Shown: in pieces, positions 1 through 9,833 of the stretch
Numbering within the stretch: position 1 is the stretch's first letter
Layout: every line of letters starts with the position of its first letter
NCBI GenBank assembly: GCA_026399205.1
Contig: JAPLRL010000035.1
Location: 15,310 to 79,309 of the forward strand
Length of the DNA: 64,000 nucleotides
Direction: 5' to 3'
DNA from: Gammaproteobacteria bacterium
Lineage (GTDB): Bacteria; Pseudomonadota; Gammaproteobacteria; Legionellales; Legionellaceae
Program-made: the position numbers and the translations under genes
The notes under the pieces: model-generated
Told to the model about the DNA's origin: nothing
The model's input: only the letters and a program-made list of their open reading frames with translations
The model's database searches: none

Positions 1-1420
1 CGATACGAATAACAAAGTGAATGCGAGCCAATACTGATTCAGTAAACCAAGTGGAAAATGTAATCTGCTCGCTTTGAAATGCTGCGGCGAACACCTGCTC
101 CATGTCTTTACGCATTTCGGTATTAAACCGATCTTTAGGAACGAAAACTAAACATGAAATAAATCGGTTATAAATATCAGTTCTTGCAAACAGGCGTATT
201 CTTTTGCGCTCTTGAAGATGCATAATCCCCATGGCCAATTCAAGTAATTCATCTTCTGATGCTTGAATTAAGTCATCTCTAGGGAGTGTCTCAATGATAT
301 TGAGTAATATTTTTCCGGCATGACTTTTAGGGTTAAGCTCTGAATTTTGCATGACCTTCAGGACTTTATGCCTTAAAAATGGGATATGTCTAGGGTTGGT
401 ATTGTAAGCTGCCGCGGTATAGAGCCCTATCAGGCGACGTTCGCCAATGACCTTTCCTTTGGCGTCATATTGTTTGATGCCAATATAATCCGCATGGGTA
501 TTACGGTGAATGGTAGATAACCAGCTTGTCTTTGAAACGATGAGCATCCCTTCAGATGTTGTTAAATCACATGATTCAGGAATTAAGCTATGTAATGTTT
601 CGTGTCGAGTTGCAATATGGGTTTCTCGCAAAATACCGAGCCCTGTTTTAGGAACAGCTTTAAAATGGAGGTGCTTCCCTTTTTGATCAATCTTATAATC
701 ACACACCCCTAAAAGCGTAAAATGGTGATCTTCTAACCACGTTAAAAATGCCTTTGTTTCACTCAGTATTTCTAAAGGAATGGGCGGTGGTGTTTTTTCA
801 AGCTCAAGGATCACATCTTTGATCCTATTGCGCATGAGAGACCAATCTTCTACTGCCACACGATTGTCTTCTAAGACCTCAATCAATTGTGTTTTTAAAT
901 GATGTAAGACGGCTGCATCGGTTTGTTTGTTAATTTGCACCCAAATGGGTGCTTCTATTAAATGTGGATGGCTTGTTTGTTTACTTCTAGGAAGAATAGC
1001 TTGTAGTTCATTTTTCTTATCACGTTCAAGAACCACCCCGCCCATGTGAACAACGAGATGAGACAACACCTGCATGCGGTCTAAAACCATACGAATGGAA
1101 TCGACTAAAAATGGCATATCTTCCATTAATATTTCGATAATCGTGTGATTCGACTGCCATCCATGCTCTTCTAGATAGGGTTGGTAAATATGAATTTTGG
1201 TTTCGCGGGGTTTTCGATGTTGTAATAACAACCAAAAATGGATCAGTGCGCCATATAAATCATCGAGATCCCAAGCCATTAAATCTTCGAGCGACACTGT
1301 TGCATAAAACTGTTTAGCAAACTCAATGCACATATCTGTTTTTGTGTGCACATTTTGCTTTATTTTATCGATAAGAGCATCAATAATCTTTTCTTTACCT
1401 TGCTCAAATTTTAAAAACAT
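1..1420 (-). CDS. gdhB: NAD-specific glutamate dehydrogenase, large (about 1600 aa) Bac_GDH type; N-terminal part only, gene continues past the left edge
   Basis: Absent from the ORF track because it has no stop in the window. The reverse-strand ATG is at 1420-1418. My translation MFLKFEQGKEKIIDALIDK..FAKQFYATVSLEDL..HIYQPYLEEHGWQSNHTIIEILMEDMPFLVDSIRMVL matches the conserved N-terminus of large NAD-GDHs (compare P. aeruginosa GdhB ..ERHGWQSTHT..LPFLVDSVR). I translated to about position 980. No competing long ORF is listed for 1..1025. Confidence 0.8.
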   Translation of the reverse strand, partial: MFLKFEQGKEKIIDALIDKIKQNVHTKTDMCIEFAKQFYATVSLEDLMAWDLDDLYGALIHFWLLLQHRKPRETKIHIYQPYLEEHGWQSNHTIIEILMEDMPFLVDSIRMVLDRMQVLSHLVVHMGGVVLERDKKNELQAILPRSKQTSHPHLIEAPIWVQINKQTDAAVLHHLKTQLIEVLEDNRVAVEDWSLMRNRIKDVILELEKTPPPIPLEILSETKAFLTWLEDHHFTLLGVCDYKIDQKGKHLHFKAVPKTGLGILRETHIATRHETLHSLIPESCDLTTSEGMLIVSKTSWLSTIHRNTHADYIGIKQYDAKGKVIGERRLIGLYTAAAYNTNPRHIPFLRHKVLKVMQNSELNPKSHAGKILLNIIETLPRDDLIQASEDELLELAMGIMHLQERKRIRLFARTDIYNRFISCLVFVPKDRFNTEMRKDMEQVFAAAFQSEQITFSTWFTESVLARIHFVIRI

Positions 1421-1452
1421 AGCGGATACACCCCTCTGATTACGTTAACAAA

Positions 1453-2442
1453 TTAAAACGTCATGGCAGATGTAGCTGACAATGATTCGACAGGGCCGTC
1501 AAATTCATCAAACAACCTGGCTTTAAATTGAGGATCGATGGCTGCAAATCTGGCTAAAGCAGAAAGAATGGGAGGATAGCGCTTATCGACAATCACAACA
1601 TCGTCATCAAATGCATCTTGTTCAGGAAGGAGCAGAGCATATGATGCCTTTAATCTGATTTCCATTTCACCGCCAAAGCGCTCAGTAAGGCTATTTTCCG
1701 ATAAAACGCCCTCATCATAACTAGACGCTAATTTACGATAAAGTTTAGCGTGCTTGTCACGCACGGCTGCTTTCACTTCATTAAGGTTTGTCATAAAGCG
1801 CGTCTCTTCTTCTGCTGCATGGTAAACTGGCTCTTGTATCAATAAGTGAGGATGAAGTTTTTTACTAAAACGCACCTTCGCCTCATAGACCGCATCTTTT
1901 TTAAAGAGCTGGAGCGTCCATTTTGTCGTAGCAGACTCTAAAGCAGGTTGATGCTGCTCTTTTTTGGCGATGGTATTGTTTTGAAATGTTGAATGACAAA
2001 CAATGGTTACACCCAATTGCTCAGCAAGGATCGGGAGTGCATTGCGTTCAATCACCGTGAATAACGTATCTTTTTTAGAAAAAAGCACCAGTTTTTCATG
2101 AGGGTGTTTCAGCCCCCCTAACAACGTAAGGTGATAAAATGTGGTTGCCAGCTGGTTAAGAAACGAGGCGCCGGATGATGCCGTTTCAAATAAATGCTTA
2201 AATTGAGCCACTGGCGTATTTAAGCCGTTCCTCATGCTAATATGCGGATGAAGCTTCAGGTGTAACCCAAGTAAAGATTGCAAATTGGGTTGCAGCGTCC
2301 CCAAGCTCGAAAATAAATTATCCATAAATGCCGTTGCAGCCGCACGATAAAGGCTACCGCAAGCCAACCATTCTTCTTGTGTTTTTTCTAAGTCAATTTC
2401 AGCATGTGGTTTGGAAAAAAAGGAAAATTGATTCATAAGCAA
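1453..2442 (-). CDS. hypothetical protein, no recognisable domain
   Basis: 329-aa ORF on the same strand as gdh and just upstream of it. I recognise no motif. The C-terminus is small, polar and acidic (..FDEFDGPVESLSATSAMTF). Confidence 0.5.
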   Translation of the reverse strand: MLMNQFSFFSKPHAEIDLEKTQEEWLACGSLYRAAATAFMDNLFSSLGTLQPNLQSLLGLHLKLHPHISMRNGLNTPVAQFKHLFETASSGASFLNQLATTFYHLTLLGGLKHPHEKLVLFSKKDTLFTVIERNALPILAEQLGVTIVCHSTFQNNTIAKKEQHQPALESATTKWTLQLFKKDAVYEAKVRFSKKLHPHLLIQEPVYHAAEEETRFMTNLNEVKAAVRDKHAKLYRKLASSYDEGVLSENSLTERFGGEMEIRLKASYALLLPEQDAFDDDVVIVDKRYPPILSALARFAAIDPQFKARLFDEFDGPVESLSATSAMTF

Positions 2443-2579
2443 AATATTAATAGTTAGTCATAATCTTTATCTTACATGATTTATAAAGAAAATGTCTCAT
2501 CGGCGCAATTATTTTTTTATACTTCTCAGAAAAAGGGGTAACCCTATTCGCAAAACAGGCATGAGTAGGTATAATGACT

Positions 2580-2636
2580 CGTAGGTTGGGCCTTGGCCCA
2601 TCTTTAAATCTTTGTTGGGTCAAGGCCCAACCTACG
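2580..2636. repeat. B-family palindrome (B1)
   Basis: CGTAGGTTGGGCCTTGGCCCA-N14-TTGGGTCAAGGCCCAACCTACG. Confidence 0.85.
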
Positions 2637-2688
2637 GTTTAAAAATTAATCCACTATATTGATATAGAGTAAGCAGAGGAATTCAAGG

Positions 2689-3441
2689 ATGAAACCATGC
2701 AGATGGATTGGGTTTGTTGGGATGTTTTTTTTCTTATTGTCTAGCTCTAATGCGGCGCCATTACCACCATTGGTGATTGCAACAGACGTTTATTCGCCCC
2801 CTTTTGTGATGAGAGGCGCGCATAACCAACTGTATGGCTTTGATATGCAGACCATGAATCAGCTATGTAAAATATTAAATCGAACCTGCGTTTATCATCC
2901 CATGCATTTTTATGAGATTTTCCCCACTATCCTCAACCATCAGGCTGACATCGGCATTGGGGCCATCACCATCACCTTAGCGCGCTCTAAAGTGGTTAGT
3001 TTTTCTATTCCATACTTACTAAGTTATGCGCAATATTTTGCACTCAACAAATGGACTAAAGTCCCGTTTTCCCCCCAACTATTAATAGGAAAAAAAGTCG
3101 GCATACAAACCGGCACGATATTCAAAAAGGCAGTTGAAGAAGCAACAAACTCAGACGTGACGATCGTTGAGTTTAACAGCTTTCATTCACTCATCGAATC
3201 GCTTCAAGATAAAACCACTGATTTCGTGCTTATAGATTCATCTGCGGCTAATTATTGGCAATACCAATCAGATCAAAGCATGATGCCGGTCGGAAAACCC
3301 TTTTTATATGGTTATGGTTTTGGGATTGCAGTCAACCAAGATAACCCTCAGTTGCTTGCGCAAGTGAATTCTGCCTTGTTGGATTATCAAAATAACGGTG
3401 GTTTTCAGAAGGCCTATAATGAGTATATAGAGCAGTTTTAA
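2689..3441 (+). CDS. periplasmic amino-acid ABC transporter substrate-binding protein (SBP_bac_3, ArtJ/HisJ-like)
   Basis: Has a signal peptide (FFFLLSSSNAAP). The family-3 SBP pattern is present: VIATDVYSPPFVM..YGFDMQ..ADIGIGAITITLARSKVVSFSIPY..IDSSAANYW. Confidence 0.8.
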   Translation: MKPCRWIGFVGMFFFLLSSSNAAPLPPLVIATDVYSPPFVMRGAHNQLYGFDMQTMNQLCKILNRTCVYHPMHFYEIFPTILNHQADIGIGAITITLARSKVVSFSIPYLLSYAQYFALNKWTKVPFSPQLLIGKKVGIQTGTIFKKAVEEATNSDVTIVEFNSFHSLIESLQDKTTDFVLIDSSAANYWQYQSDQSMMPVGKPFLYGYGFGIAVNQDNPQLLAQVNSALLDYQNNGGFQKAYNEYIEQF

Positions 3442-3462
3442 TTCACGAAGACGGTAGTGCGT

Positions 3463-3542
3463 CGTCTTGTAAATACGCATCTATATTGTCGTCCCCGCGA
3501 AAGCGGGGATCCATTCCTAAAAGGTAATGGATTTACAAGACG
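3463..3542. repeat. structured intergenic element between convergent genes (single copy in the window)
   Basis: Outer inverted repeat CGTCTTGTAAAT / ATTTACAAGACG. Inner hairpins are CCCCGCGAAAGCGGGG (3493..3508) and CCATT..AATGG. Confidence 0.6.
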
Positions 3543-3582
3543 CGGCAGTAGTCTGGATGGGGGGGCGGTATTATAAAGCGTT

Positions 3583-4912
3583 CTAAACGCCCTTTTGATA
3601 AAAGGCTCCATTCTGTCTAGAAGCCTTCTTCATCTGATACATGGCTTCATCTGCATGTTCAATAAGTTCTTCAGCTAAAAGACTATCCTCTGAGTATATC
3701 GCGACGCCGATACTTAACTCTATTGGTATAGGGTGCCCCTCAATAGTTAATGTTACCCGCCTTGAGTGCTCTAGAATTTTCGCTACGATTTTCAAGGCTG
3801 CTTCTCTTGAAGCAAGATGCGTCAATAAAACAACAAACTCATCGCCGCCAAAGCGTGAGACAACATCCGATTTACGAACTGTTGATTGCAAAAAATGAGC
3901 TATTTCACATAAAAAAGTATCACCTACCAAATGCCCATATCGATCATTAACCGACTTAAAATGATCGACGTCAATAAATAAAACTGCCATAATCTGTGGG
4001 GATCTTGTTGTAGCTAGAATGAATTGATTTAATTTTTCTATAAAAAATCGTCGGTTGGGCAAATGCGTTAATGAATCATAAAAGGCATAATATTTAATTT
4101 GCTGCTCATTCTTTTTTCTTGCGGTAATATCAGAAAAAACAGCGACATGATATGTATTTTTAATCCATGGATCAGTTAATACAGAAATGTTAATCCACTC
4201 CGCAAAAAACTCACCAGACTTTCTACGATTCCAAATTTCACCTTCCCAAAATCCTTTTTCACTCAAATCTGTCCAGAGTTTTTTATAAAATTCTTGTAAC
4301 TACCCAGGTACGTCATCCTGAGCGTAGCGAAGGATCTCAATTTGACAAAGATCTAGCCAAATTCAGGAGGTCCTTCACTGCGTTCAGGATGACGTTTGTT
4401 CGTTGTGAGTGCTAATAAAACAAACTTATCCACTCCACAACCTGAGGAGTTACAAATTCTTTATCTTGTCTTCCAGAACTCAGTAGGCTAGGATTTTTAC
4501 CATATACCTCATCAAAGGAGTAGCCTGTAATATTCGTATATCCCTTATTAATATAAATAATTTTATTATTCTGATCGGTGATGACCACAGCTTCACGAAT
4601 TTCATTCAATGCCAAATAAACCAATTTAAGCAATTTAGAAACGCGCATTTTTTGACGCAAGGCATAAGCGACTATGAACGTAACCCCAAAAAACAAAAAG
4701 ACAATGAGTCCGCGCATCCAAATTTCATTCCTATTATTAGGAATCAAGCTTTGTTGCATCGACCCTGTATGAAAAACAAAGACATGCAGTAACGATTCAC
4801 CAAGCCAATAAATCATCGCCAAGATCAAACCAACCCCTAGCGTTTTTGTATAATAAAATAACCCTTCTTTGCTATCCGATTTATCTAACATTGGATCTCT
4901 TTGCGATATCAC
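3583..4912 (-). pseudogene. membrane-anchored PAS-GGDEF diguanylate cyclase gene split by a 158-bp MITE insertion
   Basis: ORF 4412..4912 encodes TM helices plus the start of a PAS domain (..ITGYSFDEVYGKNPSLLSSGRQDKEF). ORF 3583..4266 encodes the rest of the PAS domain (GFWEGEIWNRRKSGEFF) and a GGDEF domain (RFGGDEFVVLL); its listed start is a TTG. Removing element 4296..4453 plus one 8-bp repeat copy restores a single 387-aa frame. Confidence 0.85.
4296..4453. mobile_element. C-family MITE, long form (C1), inserted in the PAS-GGDEF gene
   Basis: Termini are GTAAC...GTTAC with identical 8-bp direct repeats AAATTCTT at 4288..4295 and 4454..4461. An internal imperfect inverted repeat is present (GTCATCCTGAGCGTAGCGAAGGATC / GGTCCTTCACTGCGTTCAGGATGAC). 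Its first 138 nt are identical to 50785..50922. Confidence 0.85.
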
Positions 4913-4946
4913 TTATTTATTAGCATAGCACTTCCTTTAGCTGAAG

Positions 4947-4987
4947 TAATACCCCACGTCATCCTGAGCGCACGGCTGATCCTCTCA
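4947..4987. repeat. C-family solo arm (C2)
   Basis: GTAATACCCCACGTCATCCTGAGCGCA.. matches the left end of C10. No partner arm is present. Confidence 0.6.
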
Positions 4988-4988
4988 C

Positions 4989-5252
4989 CTAATGCACCGA
5001 GTGATTATCACGAATACAATCACTGATGATCTTTCGGGTGATATGCTCCCCCTGCTCTTCGCCGTAGAGAGATTTAAATTGTGTTGCCAATTCAATCACC
5101 CAGGGAGAGACTTCATAGGTCATTTTTTTTTCGCTTAAATCCACCACAAGTTCAAATAGCGCTAATCCGGTTTGATTCATCTCTTTATATTGAGACATGA
5201 TTTCTTCAGCAAGCAATAAATCTCTCGTTTTTGTGACCCAAGTTTTACTCAT
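4989..5252 (-). CDS. small hypothetical protein (87 aa)
   Basis: ORF only. It lies directly upstream of the AI-2E transporter gene on the same strand. No motif recognised. Confidence 0.4.
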   Translation of the reverse strand: MSKTWVTKTRDLLLAEEIMSQYKEMNQTGLALFELVVDLSEKKMTYEVSPWVIELATQFKSLYGEEQGEHITRKIISDCIRDNHSVH

Positions 5253-5267
5253 GGCGTTGCTTACTCC

Positions 5268-6317
5268 TTAACGATGGTGCTTTAAACCTTTTAATTCCTG
5301 ACACAGCGTGATAAATAAAACCAAAATGATAGGGCCTACAAATAACCCTAAAAATCCCAATGTTTCTAATCCGCCTAATATACCAAATAAAACGGCTAAA
5401 AAAGGCAATTGGATGGCGCCACCGATGAGTGAGGGCTTAATAAAGTGATCAGCCACAAACATCACAATGGTGCCCCACACTAAAACAATCACGGCAGCCA
5501 AAACATTGCCAGACATGATGAATATAAGGGCGACAATCAAAAAAACAAGGGGGACCAGAAAAGGAACCATCGCAGCAAAGGCTGTAATGAACCCTGTTAA
5601 GGTGGGGGTTGGAAAATGCAAGAGCTGATAACAAATGCCCATACACACGCCGACACCTAAACCGACTAAAATGGTGCCATTGACGGTCGATCTTAAGGTA
5701 GAGGGTAACCTGTCGACATATTTAGACCAGCGCTCGTTTAAGCAAGATTGGCCGATTTCGTTGATATATTGAAATAATCGATCACCATCTCGGTAAAAGA
5801 AAAACAGGGTTAATACCGTGAATCCAACTTGGATACTCCGATGGGCCAAGACCACCCCGATTTGTTTGAGGTAGTAACTCATCGGTGAGAGCGTGCTCCC
5901 CAAACCGGAGACTAAATGGACCAAATAGCCAGGCTGACCAATATGCTCATCCCAGTAAGACACTAAATAATTGCCGGCAACAGGGATATGCTGAAAAAAA
6001 TAGGGGGCGTTTCCACCCTCTCGATTTAGGGTTTGAGTGTAATTTATAAAAACTTGGATTTCTTTCACCAGTAAGGTGAGTAGCCAACTGAACGGTAAAA
6101 TAAATAACAACGACAATAAAAATGTAAAAATAAAAGCTGATGTATTCTCAAATCTACCAAATAACACTTTCCAGCGTGTATAAAGGGGATAGGTCGCAAT
6201 GGTAATAATTCCCGCCCAAACCATAGAGGGAATAAAATGATGCACCACATAAATCGTGAGGAAGACAATACTGAGTGTTAGCAATACACTGATAAATGAT
6301 TTATGCGTTATAACCAT
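5268..6317 (-). CDS. AI-2E family transporter (PerM/YhhT, UPF0118)
   Basis: Polytopic membrane protein with the family's C-terminal pattern (..DHFIKPSLIGGAIQLPFLAVLFGILGG..GFLGLFVGPI). I chose the start at MVITHKSF (ATG 6317), which overlaps the pgpA stop by 10 nt, rather than 6356. Confidence 0.8.
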   Translation of the reverse strand: MVITHKSFISVLLTLSIVFLTIYVVHHFIPSMVWAGIITIATYPLYTRWKVLFGRFENTSAFIFTFLLSLLFILPFSWLLTLLVKEIQVFINYTQTLNREGGNAPYFFQHIPVAGNYLVSYWDEHIGQPGYLVHLVSGLGSTLSPMSYYLKQIGVVLAHRSIQVGFTVLTLFFFYRDGDRLFQYINEIGQSCLNERWSKYVDRLPSTLRSTVNGTILVGLGVGVCMGICYQLLHFPTPTLTGFITAFAAMVPFLVPLVFLIVALIFIMSGNVLAAVIVLVWGTIVMFVADHFIKPSLIGGAIQLPFLAVLFGILGGLETLGFLGLFVGPIILVLFITLCQELKGLKHHR

Positions 6318-6808
6318 TGATGCGCTCCTAGTGCAATGACCTGCAGACAAACCCAAGCCAACATCCCAGCCACCATATCATCTAACATAATCCCTAGTCC
6401 ACCACCGATGTGGCGATCAATTTTACCAATCCAGGAGAATTTAAAAATATCAAACACTCTAAATAAAATAAAACCCAAAGCTATCCAAATCCAGCCAGGC
6501 GGCGCTAAAAAGAGGGTCAACCATAATCCTACGAATTCATCCCATACAATACTGGGGTGATCATGTCCTCCTATTTTTTTGCTCGCTCTGTCACAAAGCC
6601 AAATGCCTGCTAAAAAAGCAATTAAAATCAGGGTGAGATAAGCGATTGGAGGTAAAGACGCAAAACATAAGTAAAATGGAATGGCCGCAAGGGTTCCGAA
6701 AGTGCCGGGTGCAAATGGCATGAGGCCACTGCCGAAGCCGAAAGCAACAAGACAGGCCGGATCGCGCGTGGCGAGTTGTAGTCGTTTTGATTTATTTTTC
6801 ATGGTCAT
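6308..6808 (-). CDS. pgpA: phosphatidylglycerophosphatase A
   Basis: Carries the PgpA signature ..GSGLMPFAPGTFGTLAAIP..HDHPSIVWDEFVG..MLDDMVAG. It sits in the conserved nusB-thiL-pgpA order. Confidence 0.85.
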   Translation of the reverse strand: MTMKNKSKRLQLATRDPACLVAFGFGSGLMPFAPGTFGTLAAIPFYLCFASLPPIAYLTLILIAFLAGIWLCDRASKKIGGHDHPSIVWDEFVGLWLTLFLAPPGWIWIALGFILFRVFDIFKFSWIGKIDRHIGGGLGIMLDDMVAGMLAWVCLQVIALGAHQWL

Positions 6809-6831
6809 CCTTGCGCATTATTGTCATCTTT

Positions 6832-6926
6832 TATACTCGAATACCCCCTCCCTAACCCTCCCCCGCGTTCAGCATAGAGATCTTATAACCGTTTCTAGCG
6901 CGGGAGAGGGAACAGATCCGAGTATA
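6832..6926. repeat. D-family repeat (D1)
   Basis: TATACTCGAATACCCCCTCCCTAACCCTCCCCCGCG-N32-CGCGGGAGAGGGAACAGATCCGAGTATA, between thiL and pgpA. Confidence 0.85.
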
Positions 6927-6932
6927 TGCACG

Positions 6933-7964
6933 TTACCCAGCACTAAAAAAATGCTGATACCCTCTTGGCGTTAACTCTACCTCATTCCCCTGTAAATCTG
7001 TCGCCCGAATCCCCGCTTCTTTTTCCATCACACCTATACAATAGCAATTCATCTGCTCTAAACGAACAACTTCAAGAAAATCTTGCTCTTTCTGCGCTGG
7101 AATCGTAAAACATAATTCATAATCATCCCCACCTTCTAAAGCATACTGTAAGCCTTTTGGGGTGTATTGAGCGAGTAAGGGATGAACCGGTATATCGATT
7201 AAACGTAAATGTGCGCCTAATTTGCTTTGGGTGCATAGATGGCTTAAATCAATGGACAAGCCATCAGATATATCAATCGCTGAGGTTGCAAAGCGAGAGA
7301 GTATATCACGCCAGTCAGTACGCGGTAGCGGATAATGTAGGTGACGCTTCATTAGGGCATGATCGCTCAATTGCTCTTCAGCAGTAGACAGCAACTCGGC
7401 TCTTGTATAGCGAACATAATCACTGGCCTCAAATTGAGACTTCGTTGCAGGCGTTTCAAAAGCAGCCACGGCAAAAGCAGCCAACCCTAGATAACCGCTC
7501 ACATAAATTCTGTCGCCCACTTGCGCATGAGCACGTGTCACTGCCCGTCCTTTAGGTACTAACCCATGTATCGTGATGGTGATTGATAAAGGACCACGGG
7601 TCGTATCGCCACCGACCAATGCAATATCATAGCGATGTAAGGCTTCATGTAAGCCTTGAGAGAACGCACTTAACCAAGGTGTTGAGTGATCTGTTAAGGT
7701 TAAGGCTAGCGTGATTGCAAAGGGTTTTCCGCCCATCGCAATACAATCACTGATGTTGACCATCACGGCTTTATAAGCAATATCACCTGGGTCCCAGTCT
7801 GGCAAAAAATGAACTCCGGACACCAAGGTATCGGTGCTGACCAGTAAATCCATGTCGGGTGGAATAGACAATACGCTACAGTCATCGCCTATGCCTAACT
7901 GAACTTCTGGCCGCTTGACCTGCTGGACATTAAAAAAATGTTCGATTAATTCAAACTCATCCAT
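6933..7964 (-). CDS. thiL: thiamine-monophosphate kinase
   Basis: Shows MDEFELIEHFF..GIGDDCSVL..TDTLVSGVHF..GGDTTRG..ISDGL..GGDDYEL. The start at MDEF (7964) overlaps the nusB stop by 8 nt. The longer ORF start at 8003 is unlikely. Confidence 0.85.
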   Translation of the reverse strand: MDEFELIEHFFNVQQVKRPEVQLGIGDDCSVLSIPPDMDLLVSTDTLVSGVHFLPDWDPGDIAYKAVMVNISDCIAMGGKPFAITLALTLTDHSTPWLSAFSQGLHEALHRYDIALVGGDTTRGPLSITITIHGLVPKGRAVTRAHAQVGDRIYVSGYLGLAAFAVAAFETPATKSQFEASDYVRYTRAELLSTAEEQLSDHALMKRHLHYPLPRTDWRDILSRFATSAIDISDGLSIDLSHLCTQSKLGAHLRLIDIPVHPLLAQYTPKGLQYALEGGDDYELCFTIPAQKEQDFLEVVRLEQMNCYCIGVMEKEAGIRATDLQGNEVELTPRGYQHFFSAG

Positions 7965-8400
7965 GATGCATTGAGATTTCAACCTGGCGCACGACTTTTG
8001 CAAGTTGGTTTAACACGCCATTTACATAGCGATAACCATCTTGTGCGCCAAACGTTTTAGCTAAATTCACAGACTCATCTAAAATGATACGATAAGGCGT
8101 CTCAAGAGAAAACATCAGTTCATACCCTGCTACACGCAAAACACTCAGCTCGACGGGTTGTAATTCGTTAATCGGGCGATCTAAAAAAGGCGTAAACGCA
8201 GTATCAATCTCATCTAAGTGTAGAAGTATCCCGCGCAATAACTCGGAAAAATAAGGACCATCAATTTTTTCCATGTCATTCATGCTAAAAAATTGTGCTT
8301 CTATCTCTTCAACAGGCTGTTGAGTCATACTCCATTGATATAAAGACTGTACGGCTAATTGTCTTGCGCGCTGTTTTGCTTTAATTTCTTTTTTTTGCAC
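7957..8400 (-). CDS. nusB: transcription antitermination factor NusB
   Basis: 147 aa with ARQLAVQSLYQW...ELSVLRVAGYEL..TPYRIILDESVNLAKTFG..GYRYVNGVL. Confidence 0.9.
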   Translation of the reverse strand: MQKKEIKAKQRARQLAVQSLYQWSMTQQPVEEIEAQFFSMNDMEKIDGPYFSELLRGILLHLDEIDTAFTPFLDRPINELQPVELSVLRVAGYELMFSLETPYRIILDESVNLAKTFGAQDGYRYVNGVLNQLAKVVRQVEISMHHG

Positions 8401-8428
8401 TGGGGAAACCCTATTTTATGGTGAATTT

Positions 8429-8448
8429 TGTTGGGCCCTGGCCCAACA
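8429..8448. repeat. B-family core only (B2)
   Basis: TGTTGGGCCCTGGCCCAACA, between glyA and nusB. Confidence 0.5.
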
Positions 8449-8453
8449 CACTT

Positions 8454-9704
8454 TTAGCGCACGGGGTACACCGGAAACTGTTTACACAACGACAAAACCT
8501 CTTGCCTAACCCGCTCAATCACCGCAGGATTGTCATGGTTTTCTAACACTTCATCCATCCAAGTTGCGATGAGTTGCATTTCATGTTCTTTAAACCCGCG
8601 TGTGGTTGCAGCGGGTGTGCCTAGTCTTAATCCGCTGGTCACAAACGGCGACTGAGGATCATCTGGCACGGTATTTTTATTGACCGTCATATGCGCTTGA
8701 TGTAAAACCGCATCAGCAAGTTTACCGGTTAAATTTTTCTTGCGTAAATCAACAACCATCAGGTGGTTTTCAGTGCCACCAGAGACAATATCATACCCTT
8801 TATTTTGAATGCTTTCAGCTAATACCTGCGCATTTTTTAAAACTTGCTGTTGATAGATTTTAAAATCAGGTTTTAATGCTTCTTCAAAAGCAACTGCTTT
8901 GGCCGCAATCACATGCATGAGCGGGCCCCCTTGGCAGCCCGGAAACACACTAGAATTCATTTTTCGCTCAATTTCTTCATTGTGTTTGGCTAAGATCATC
9001 CCACCCCGCGGGCCTCTTAAGGTTTTATGAGTGGTGGTGGTCACGACATCTGCATACGGCAGTGGCGAAGGATATAACCCGACGGCCACAAGCCCCGCCA
9101 CATGCGCCATGTCAACCAATAAATAAGCGCCGACAAGATCCGCAATGTCACGAAACCGCTTCCAATCCAATTGACGAGAATAGGCTGAAAACCCTGCAAT
9201 GATGAGTTGAGGCCGGTGCAGTTTAGCTAACGACTCAATTTCATGATAATCAACCAAACCTGTATCAGGACGCACCCCATAAGAAACCGCGTGATAGAGC
9301 TTACCTGAAAAATTAACAGGACTCCCATGCGTTAAGTGTCCCCCATGAGACAACGCCATCCCTAAAATGGTATCACCCGGCTGAATCAAAGCCATCATGG
9401 CAGCCGCATTCGCAGACGCCCCAGAATGCGGCTGTACATTCACATAATCGGCTTGAAAGAGTTGTTTAGCTCGGTCTATGGCTAGCTTTTCAGCTATATC
9501 AACAAACTCACAACCGCCATAATAACGCTTACCAGGGTAGCCTTCTGCGTATTTGTTGGTTAAAACAGAGCCTTGTGCCTGAAGCACCCGTTGAGTCACA
9601 TAGTTTTCTGAGGCAATCAGCTCAATGTGTTCTTCTTGGCGATTGAGCTCAAGAGACAATGCATTCCATAATGCGGGGTCAAATTCAGATAAGGCTTGTG
9701 ACAT
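8454..9704 (-). CDS. glyA: serine hydroxymethyltransferase
   Basis: 416 aa with [42 protein letters not shown]. Confidence 0.95.
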   Translation of the reverse strand: MSQALSEFDPALWNALSLELNRQEEHIELIASENYVTQRVLQAQGSVLTNKYAEGYPGKRYYGGCEFVDIAEKLAIDRAKQLFQADYVNVQPHSGASANAAAMMALIQPGDTILGMALSHGGHLTHGSPVNFSGKLYHAVSYGVRPDTGLVDYHEIESLAKLHRPQLIIAGFSAYSRQLDWKRFRDIADLVGAYLLVDMAHVAGLVAVGLYPSPLPYADVVTTTTHKTLRGPRGGMILAKHNEEIERKMNSSVFPGCQGGPLMHVIAAKAVAFEEALKPDFKIYQQQVLKNAQVLAESIQNKGYDIVSGGTENHLMVVDLRKKNLTGKLADAVLHQAHMTVNKNTVPDDPQSPFVTSGLRLGTPAATTRGFKEHEMQLIATWMDEVLENHDNPAVIERVRQEVLSLCKQFPVYPVR

Positions 9705-9739
9705 GGGGGCTCCCTTAATCGTCTTTGCGAATACAAAAT

Positions 9740-9810
9740 AAATCCGAGCCGCGACCGTCAGGGAGCGGAAGTTTAAAACTTCCGCTCCCTGACGGTCGCG
9801 GCTCGGATTT
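9740..9810. repeat. A-family palindrome (A1), 71 bp with perfect 35-nt arms
   Basis: AAATCCGAGCCGCGACCGTCAGGGAGCGGAAGTTT-A-AAACTTCCGCTCCCTGACGGTCGCGGCTCGGATTT. Confidence 0.9.
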
Positions 9811-9833
9811 CTCTGCCGCTAACACTTTTTGTT

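Noticed and set aside
1026-1235. 69-aa ORF on the minus strand
   Set aside because: It lies inside the large NAD-GDH coding region and out of frame with it ((1420-1235) mod 3 = 2). It is a spurious overlap.
6681-6974. 97-aa ORF containing ..SLTLPRVQHRDLITVSSAGEGTD.. Similar ORFs occur at 15817..16299 and 28947..29132.
   Set aside because: The shared peptides are D-family repeats translated. These ORFs are repeat artefacts overlapping real genes or intergenic repeats.
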